Assembly: GCA_964016885.1 (NCBI GenBank)
Contig: OZ024741.1
Span: forward strand, 103,540,001-103,604,000
DNA from: Eledone cirrhosa
Lineage: Eukaryota
Direction: 5' to 3'
DNA: 64,000 nt
Shown here: positions 55,183 to 64,000 of the stretch, piece after piece
How positions within the stretch are numbered: the first letter of the stretch is position 1
How the letters are laid out: every line of letters starts with the position of its first letter
Made by a program: the position numbers and the translations under genes
Notes under the pieces: model-generated
What the model saw: only the letters and a program-made list of their open reading frames with translations
The model's database searches: none
Told to the model about the DNA's origin: nothing

Positions 55183-55895
55183 TTGATCAGAAATGGAAAT
55201 GGCCCAAAATATCGATTCTGTGATGAACATGTGGAGACCATAGACCACCTGGTTTCAGGCTGCAAAGTATTAGATTCCCAGGAATATAAAACGAGACATG
55301 TTAGAGTGGGGCAATACTTACACAGGGTAATGTGCAGGTTCTATGGTCTGAAAACAGGAAAAATGGTACAACCATCACCCAGCTGTAATAACAGGGGGCG
55401 AGAACGTGAAAATTCTATGAGATTTCTCTGTGGACACTGACAGAACAATCAAGGCCAACAGATCTGATATAATTATGACCATAAAGAGAAAACATGTTTC
55501 TTAATTGACATGAACATTCCATCAGATTGTAACAACTGGAAAGAGTCTGGAAAGCTCAGTTAGTATAAAAATCTGTCAAGTGAAATTGAGAAAATATGGC
55601 ATCTTAAGGCCTGTACATTACCAGTAATAGTCGGCTTACTTGAAATGATAAAAAAGGGAACTGAAAATATTTGGCCCAGATCCCTGGGTCGCCATCTCTG
55701 CCTGTGATACAGAAAATACCATGTCCTGAGAATAGTATTATCAATTTAAAAACCTTACAAAGATATTTCATGCTGTTTATGCGCTTGTGACATCATTTGT
55801 ATAACAATTGATTGTAAAATGTGTGTATTATCAAATTTTGCCTCAGGTGTCAGGTTGACACTCGGCATAATTTGGGAAAGAAGCAGAATTCTAAT
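55183..55895 (+). mobile_element. Decayed R4/Dong-like fragment (B-related)
   Basis: RFCDEHVETIDHLVSGCKVL..EYKTRH.RVGQYLH; CFLIDMNIP; multiple stops. Confidence 0.8.
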
Positions 55896-55912
55896 CATAA
55901 TAATACATTCAT

Positions 55913-55975
<63 letters not shown>

Positions 55976-56059
55976 CATACATATATTTGGTTAATTTACG
56001 AATAATTGGGAAAATGTGAAATTTGAAAATGTGTTATCATCCATGCAACTAACTATAAA

Positions 56060-56175
56060 TAATTGTTTCTATTTTTGGTACAAGGCCAGCAATTATTCCA
56101 GCGTATTACTGGTACTTTATCTTATCGACCCAGTAAGGATGAAAGGCAAAGTTAACCTTGGCGAGATTCGAACTC
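56060..56175 (-). mobile_element. S1 SINE
   Basis: aattgtttctatttttggtacaaggccagc...aggatgaaaggcaaagttaaccttggcgagattcgaactc. Confidence 0.8.
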
Positions 56176-56846
56176 TTTTAAGTCTATTTACACTCTGCAC
56201 ACTACAGTGGTAACACTGAAATATAACCCAAACGAAATGGACCTCGTAACAGCATCGAGTGCTTTGACCGGCTGTAACTTTTGTTACACACCTAATTAAC
56301 ACGCACGCACACACACACACACATACGTATATATATATATATATCAGCTAGACGGTTTCGGCTAGTTATCAGAAGAGGTAACAAACCGAAAACGCCGAGC
56401 TCGCGGTCGATCCTCTACTTTTACTAATATAGCCACTCTGCATCATACCATGTATCGAGTGCTTCTCTGATTTGTGGTCTTCCTGGTCCCAGTACCGCAG
56501 GCTATCAATATATATAATGTGAGTGTCTGTGTGTGTGGGGGGGGGAGGGGGGGAGGGGGGGGGGGGGGGGGAGCAAAATTGACCTCGACTTTATTTAAGC
56601 TCAGAGCGCAGGCAGCCGGCACAAATAGCACAAGACATTTTGTCCTACGCGCTCTAACGACTCTGCAACTTCCCCTGTACAACAATAAGTTGGTGTGATA
56701 ACATCATAATGTTCCATGACGTCCGTTTAATGATTAGCTAACACAATAATGCATGTTCTGTAAAGACACTTGTAGAGCACTAACTACTTTGGCGGTAAAC
56801 ATTTGTTGTCAGAGCTACAATAACAAATATTCATGTATGTAACTAA

Positions 56847-56909
<63 letters not shown>

Positions 56910-56922
56910 TATATATTATATA

Positions 56923-56980
<58 letters not shown>

Positions 56981-57034
56981 CAGAATTAGCCGTCGAAACG
57001 GCTTGAGCTCAGCTGTCGGGGTCTTACTGGTTCC

Positions 57035-57150
<116 letters not shown>

Positions 57151-57486
57151 AAGAATTCATATCTAGTAACATATATATACATACAGATGCATATCAATGC
57201 TAGCAAATATATAGGTTTTGTTTTAATAACAGTGTGGTTCAATATATATATATCACTCTATCTCTCTCTATCTCTATCTATCTATCTCTATCTCTCTCCT
57301 CTTGCCAAATCAATTTTCTTTTACGATACCAAAGAATAGATCATGTTATAAAATAGCCCAAATTGAACACATACACACATATATATGTGTGTATACATAC
57401 ATACATACATACATACATACATACATACATACATACATACATACATACATACATACATACATACATACATACATACATACATACAT

Positions 57487-57807
57487 AAGGAGGACATCTA
57501 CGGACCATTGATGAGGAGTTTACAAATCCAGTATCCAAGATACACCTTTAGCTTTATACCCATCATTATTGGTGCTACGGGTTATATACCAACCCGCTTG
57601 GACCAAAGTATGACTGAACTTGGATTTGCGGACAAAAAGCGCAGCTCCCTAATTCATAGTCTACAAATGGCTGCGATAGCTACCACCTTCAAAATTTGCA
57701 AAACATTCTTGCGATTCAAGGGATGACAATTTCTTTTCTTTTACAACCTTGCCACCAGGAAGGTGGCCGGTCAAAAAAATATACTCGAAATTAAGAGAAA
57801 GAGAAAA
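57487..57807 (+). mobile_element. 3' fragment of RLE LINE family D in (CATA)n
   Basis: KEDIYGPLMRSLQIQYPRYTFSFIPIIIGATGY...TFKICKTF is homologous to but distinct from family C; different 3' UTR; (CATA)n on both sides. Confidence 0.85.
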
Positions 57808-57862
57808 CATACATACATACATACATACATACATACATACATACATACATACATACATACAT

Positions 57863-58525
57863 AAACACATTAAAAGCTACAACAATGTGGAAGACATCTA
57901 TGTACATAATATGAAAGAGTACTGGTGGAATGTTCCAGTAAAAACCCCAATAAAATGCAGGCATAACAGACATTATGATATGGGACAGGGAGAAGAAAAC
58001 ATGCACAGTAGTGGAAATTAGCTGCCCAGCAGATGCCAATATAATATCAAAGATTAGTGAAAAGGAGAATATTTATGCAGAAGTGATGAGAAATCTGCAG
58101 TTACTCCACCCTGATTACACCTTCAGATTTATGCCTGTCATTATTGGGGCACTGGGATATGTTAGTAACTGCCTCAATACAAATCTTGAGAAACTAGGCT
58201 TCACAGGAACAGAAAGAACACAACTAGTTAGGAAACTACAAGTACAATCCATTAATGGAACAGTAAAAATATGTAAAACATTCCAAAAATTTTGCATCTA
58301 ATAACTGCATATACACATGTACAGATACAAAGCATATACACATGCACACATACAACTCAAAATATCCACATCCACACATACAATAACATCCATATCTACA
58401 CATGCATACATACATATCTACCTAGTTGATGTTGTGTAAATTCCAATGAGAGAGTCTTGTGTCTATGTTAGAAACCGACTCTCTCTCTATTGGCAAAACT
58501 TTGTGAAATTATAAAACCAGAAGAA
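57863..58525 (+). mobile_element. Family C copy in (CATA)n
   Basis: Highly similar to 38068-38707 with the same 5' start (aaacacatta); small deletion at the RPD motif. Confidence 0.9.
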
Positions 58526-58607
58526 CATACATACATACATACATACATACATACATACATACATACATACATACATACATACATACATACATACATACAT
58601 ACATACA

Positions 58608-59230
58608 TAAGAATGTCAGATATGATGGAGCCCTAAATAAGAAGAAGACCAGGAATGAATACCTCAGAAGTGTAAAGAGAATATGGTCATCAGAACACTC
58701 AATGTACAACAAGCCCATAATACTTCTGTTGTGCCCAAACTAACCCCAACATTTGGCCTGCTGAACTGGCATTACAAGAACTGAGCGAGCTGAACGTAAG
58801 GATCCACGAGCTATTCAATGTCACTGTAAACTTTAACATCAATAGTGATGTGGATAGGCTAGATTTCTAACATAACGATTGTGGCCGGGGCCTAAAATCC
58901 ATATTAACATCATAGGAGACCCGGAGTTCCGACAAGTTCATAACATCCTACCAAGAATGATATCTCGATGCAATCCAGGAACAAGAATCTCCCAGCAAGT
59001 ATCTACTACACAAAAGCAGGTCATCAGTTGATAATGAATGTAGGCTGAGCAAAACAGGGATTGAATATGTTAGCCACATTGTTGCCCACTGTGTGAGAAT
59101 GCCTTCTTGTTGCTACCTCCCCATGGGACATGATGTGATAGCTAGAATGATTTGGAATTGCGTAGTAAATCAAATCAAATTGGGAGGAGTAGCGAGAGGG
59201 AAGCATTGTCCTGGTGATAACCATCAAGTT
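58608..59230 (+). mobile_element. Decayed R4-like RT-thumb/CCHC fragment starting at (CATA)n
   Basis: EYLRSVKRIWSS, SDVDRL...GRGLKSI, CRLSKTGIEYVSHIVAHC..YLPMGHDVIA; many lesions. Confidence 0.68.
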
Positions 59231-59368
59231 CGAAATCCATTGACAGTTATTTCCCTTGTTTCTGTTGGACATAGCTCGACGGCACTGACCGCCAGTGTTC
59301 TATTCCTAGCTGTGGCTTTCAAAATGTTTATTTATAAACATACCGTATATCTTTAGATATACGAAATT

Positions 59369-59409
<41 letters not shown>

Positions 59410-59609
59410 CAATAAGTTGATAAAATAACAGTAAGGCATTTAGATATTTATTTAAAGCTCAAATCTGGTTTATTTTATATCCAGAATAACGAAAGATATT
59501 TCAGGAGTAAATCCAGTTGGCATACGTCCATTCATCTAAGATTTAAATCGCAGAGGATATATTAACAAAGAACTAAGTCATCAAGTACAACAGCTAATAG
59601 ATTAATTAT

Positions 59610-59656
59610 TTGATCTACCCGTGTTTCATTCCTTATAAAGAAATCGTCAGGATCAA
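59610..59656 (-). ncRNA. Minimal type I hammerhead ribozyme
   Basis: Minus strand ttgatc-CTGACGA-tttctt-tat-aaggaat-GAAAC-acgg-GTA-gatcaa: 6-bp helix I, canonical core, GUA triplet. Confidence 0.8.
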
Positions 59657-60180
59657 TTATATATATATTTTTAAAAGTGTTTAATTAACCTCGTGCTAAT
59701 TTTATAACACATATTCAGATTATATATTTTTTTATAAATCATCTAAAAAATTTTATATTTTGCCAATTTTAAAATTTTATATCATATATTCAGATTATAT
59801 ATTTTTAATAAATCATCTAAATTTTTATATTATATTTAATTTCAAAGTTTTATAACACATATTCAGATTATATATATTTTTTTCATCATCTAAATTTTAA
59901 TATTCTTTTTAATTTTAAAGTTTTATTTTAAAGTATGTTGTCAGACATGTGTCAATATGTATGAATAACACATACATTGGTAGAACCAATGTAGTTTCAA
60001 TAGACTATTTTTACATTTAAGATCATCACCTTTTTTGAAATTTCCTATAGAGTTTGTATTACATTTGTATCATAAAGTGATTTCAGCCATAGTGAGAGAG
60101 TGAGAGAGAGAGAGGAAGAGGAAGAGAGAGAGTAAGAACAAGAGAAAGAGAGAGTGAGGTGACGAGAGAGAAAGAGAGAG

Positions 60181-60218
<38 letters not shown>

Positions 60219-60262
60219 CGCGTGTGTGCGCGTGCGTGCGTGCGTGTGTGTGTGTGTGTGTG

Positions 60263-60319
<57 letters not shown>

Positions 60320-60948
60320 GTGTGCGTGTGCGTGTGCGTGTGTGTGTGTGTCTGGTAATGTAACTGTGATTCTGACTATTTATGACGTATCCTACATATA
60401 CGCCATTTTTTCTTGCCTAAGTGCATAACAAGCTAAAATATGAAATTGTTGGGGTAATGGTGCGTATGTGTATGTAATTGTTTGATACATATTCTTTAAA
60501 CTTGTGAGAATGCTTGAGTGCAGATGTATGTGTGTATATATTGACACCTGTGCAGAAGTGTATATAAAGTTGTGATTGCATGTAAGTATATTTGTATATG
60601 TATACATGTCCAGTTATGTATGTACATATATATGTGTAGGTATGTGGATGTGTAATTGCGAGTGGGCGTGAGTGAATAGGTGTCAGTATGAATATACAAT
60701 ATTTTCTTTTATATAATACCTTAACATCCATTTGTTAAAAATGATTTTTTTAGAAAAGCTGTCAGCCCATTTTAATTTATTATCATAATAGCCACACCCA
60801 TTATATTCGCCATATATACTGTTCATGTAAAAGTTATACCCAGTTGCGTGATCAGCGGCTATCCGCGAAACTCAGAGTAGCAACAGGGAGAAATCTCAGT
60901 AATATGCATACATACATATATACATACATACATACATGCATACATACA

Positions 60949-61042
<94 letters not shown>

Positions 61043-61204
61043 CATATATATACATATATATATACATATACATATATATACATATATATATACATATACA
61101 TATATATACATATGTATATATATACATATATATACATATGTATATATATATACATATATATACATATTTATATATATATATATATATATATACATATATA
61201 TATA

Positions 61205-61257
61205 CTCTTTTACCTGTTTCAGCCATCCGGCTGAGGCCATGCTGGGGCACCGCCCTT
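61205..61257 (-). mobile_element. Short SINE 3'-end fragment within (TA)n
   Basis: ctcttttacctgtttcagcc....gctg.ggccatgctggggcaccgcctt; recognised from memory as a common SINE terminus, single copy here. Confidence 0.4.
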
Positions 61258-61635
61258 GTATATATACATATATATATATATATACATATAGATATATATA
61301 TACATATATATATATACATATACGATATTAACAAATGGAAACTATATTTATAAAACCATATTTATTTCATTATACATATTTCAAGGACACCAAGTTAAAT
61401 TATGGTGTGCTTTCATCAGATAAAATATAATATAGATCAGTTTTATAAATAAATATTGACATACCCTTAAAGAATGCAACCATTACTGTTGGAAGCTCCC
61501 GGATAGTCATTTGTTAATATCGTATTTTTACTCCAAATATTTGTTGAGTGCTTTATATCAGTTATAAAAATATTTGCTTGTTGTATCCCAACAATTTAAA
61601 TAGAACTTTTACATATATATACATATATGTATATA

Positions 61636-61694
<59 letters not shown>

Positions 61695-62001
61695 TATACA
61701 CACACACACACGTGTATATATATGTATTCACATATGCAACAAGCGCGTGAATAAATATCGCATAATATATGTTATCAGTGGACCATACAACATTAGTTTA
61801 AGTTTTTCGCTTGTAGCAATGATGCGTTGATCAGATAGGAAGTTGGCTGCTTTGATGTCGGGTAGTGAAGTGGAAACACTGGGTAGACTCCGACAGAAGG
61901 AAGGAAAGAAGAAGAAGAAGAAGAAGAAGAAGAAGAAGAAGAAGAAGAAGAAGAAGAAGAAGAAGAAGAAGAAGAAGAAGAAGAAGAAGAAGAAGAAGAA
62001 G

Positions 62002-62032
<31 letters not shown>

Positions 62033-62034
62033 TG

Positions 62035-62090
<56 letters not shown>

Positions 62091-62477
62091 TGAAATGATA
62101 ATATTAATAAAAATAACAAGGATGATGATAATTATAATGGTGGTAATAAAATAAAACTGAAAAAATAATAAGTGGAATAAATAAAAAATAAATTTAACCA
62201 CCACCACCACCACCACCACCACCACCAATACTACTACTGTTACACCAACATTAGCAACAATAATAACATCGACATTATTAGCAATACTAATGCCTCAACT
62301 TCACGTCTTCTGAACACACGGTAATATACTTAGGGTATTTCATACACATGCATATATACAGACACAAACAGTGAAATAAAAATGACATCGTGTTCAAGTA
62401 TTCTTAAATAGTTGAGATAAATACTATATATATATATATATATATATATGCATATATGTGTAAGTGTGTGTGTACAT

Positions 62478-62528
<51 letters not shown>

Positions 62529-62563
62529 TTCATTTATATTTATATATACTGTATATGTATATG

Positions 62564-62657
<94 letters not shown>

Positions 62658-62717
62658 AATATATGTATATTTTATACATGCATGTATGCGAATATATATA
62701 TATATATTCGCATTTAT

Positions 62718-62800
<83 letters not shown>

Positions 62801-62999
62801 CACACACACACGTAGATATGTGTATATGTGTATATGTAGATATGTATGTGTGTATGATTGCATGTACACGTTAATACCTAAACATACTTATCAATCACTG
62901 TCGTACCCTATCTCTCTATCCCTATCTACCTATGTATCTGTTTTTCTATCTGTATAGTTGGCGTTACACCTCATCAAATATACACACACGTTAGAACTT

Positions 63000-63262
63000 C
63001 GTCGGTCTTGATGACGAGTGTTCTAGTTGTTCGAACATCGGAACAGCCTGCTGTGAGATTTACGTGCCAACGGCTGGGTATTCTACAAACACGTATAACC
63101 TTAATAGAATTCTCAGGGTTATTCAGCGGGATCCAGTGTATGACAAAGCTGGCACTATTAGTTACGGGCTCGATTCACTTTCGGATGGCTGAGTCAATTG
63201 AAGCAACATGAAATAAAAATTCTTGCCCAAGGACACAACGCGCATTTGGGAATCGAGTGCAC
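63000..63262 (-). mobile_element. Diverged tRNA-derived SINE (family S2)
   Basis: ggaacagcctgct.gtga.att.acgtg...gcaacatgaaataaa..tcttgcccaaggacacaacg...ggaatcga; partially shared with 21620-21752. Confidence 0.6.
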
Positions 63263-63272
63263 ACTCACACAC

Positions 63273-63344
<72 letters not shown>

Positions 63345-63375
63345 GCATACATACATACACACACACACATATGTA

Positions 63376-63430
<55 letters not shown>

Positions 63431-64000
63431 TAAGTTCGTTATTTACTTCTAGTCGTAATTTTTTTTGTATTCAATCTGTTTTTCTTGAAAGACTGCCGTA
63501 AACCTCCCTGTCCACACAAAAACAAAATTACACTCTTCAACAACAAATAGTGAAAAATATAAAAGAAATTATGTTTGGGGATAGTAAGAAAAAGAACTCT
63601 TGAATACAAATTGATCCCGTTGAAACAAGAATCAAGAGCTGCCAGTGAGTAACTCTGGTCCCAGAAGAAAATTGTTGAAAGGATAAGTATAAGAAATTTA
63701 ATAGAAAGCAACCATCAATTTATAAAAACATGAGGGGTGAATCAATAGATATCACTGAGGATCTGTCTCGGCGAGACAAACTCATTTTGGAGAAAAATAT
63801 TGGGTGAAGAAAATCGTTTAACCAAGATGCAGCGTGATTTTTATAACACTGAAGGAACTACTGTCCCTGCATTAAACAAATATCATCCAGTATCAATGGT
63901 GACATTATTGTGACTGTGATAGGAAAACTTCAAGATATGAAAGCATTGGGAAGTGTTTTTATATATAAACCAAGCTGGTTGACATTGACAGAGACATTTC

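Noticed and set aside
63439-63711. Minus-strand ORF with a hydrophobic N-terminus as a Wnt signal-peptide exon
   Set aside because: No compatible phase-2 splice donor and no Wnt similarity.

Overview
Repeat-saturated eukaryotic (metazoan) genomic DNA. The extreme (TA)n/(CA)n/(CATA)n/(AAT)n density and the SINE families suggest an octopus-type cephalopod, which is an inference. The only host gene sequence I can support is one internal coding exon of a Wnt ligand, most like Wnt2, on the minus strand at 11712-11947; the rest looks intronic or intergenic. Most long ORFs in the supplied track are microsatellite artefacts. The informative content is retroelements sorted by microsatellite. (AAT)n tracts hold stacked R4/Dong-like RLE LINEs on the + strand and Tx1/L1-like LINEs and tRNA-SINEs on the - strand. 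(CATA)n tracts hold two other RLE LINE families on the + strand and non-coding RTE-like elements on the - strand, two of which carry 5' inversions. (TA)n tracts hold short non-coding elements with minimal type I hammerhead ribozymes, including U3-A8 covariant cores, terminally redundant (retrozyme-like) units and a 286-bp palindrome. There are also two MITEs, a Helitron helicase remnant and several minisatellites. All identifications were made by eye, without database searches.
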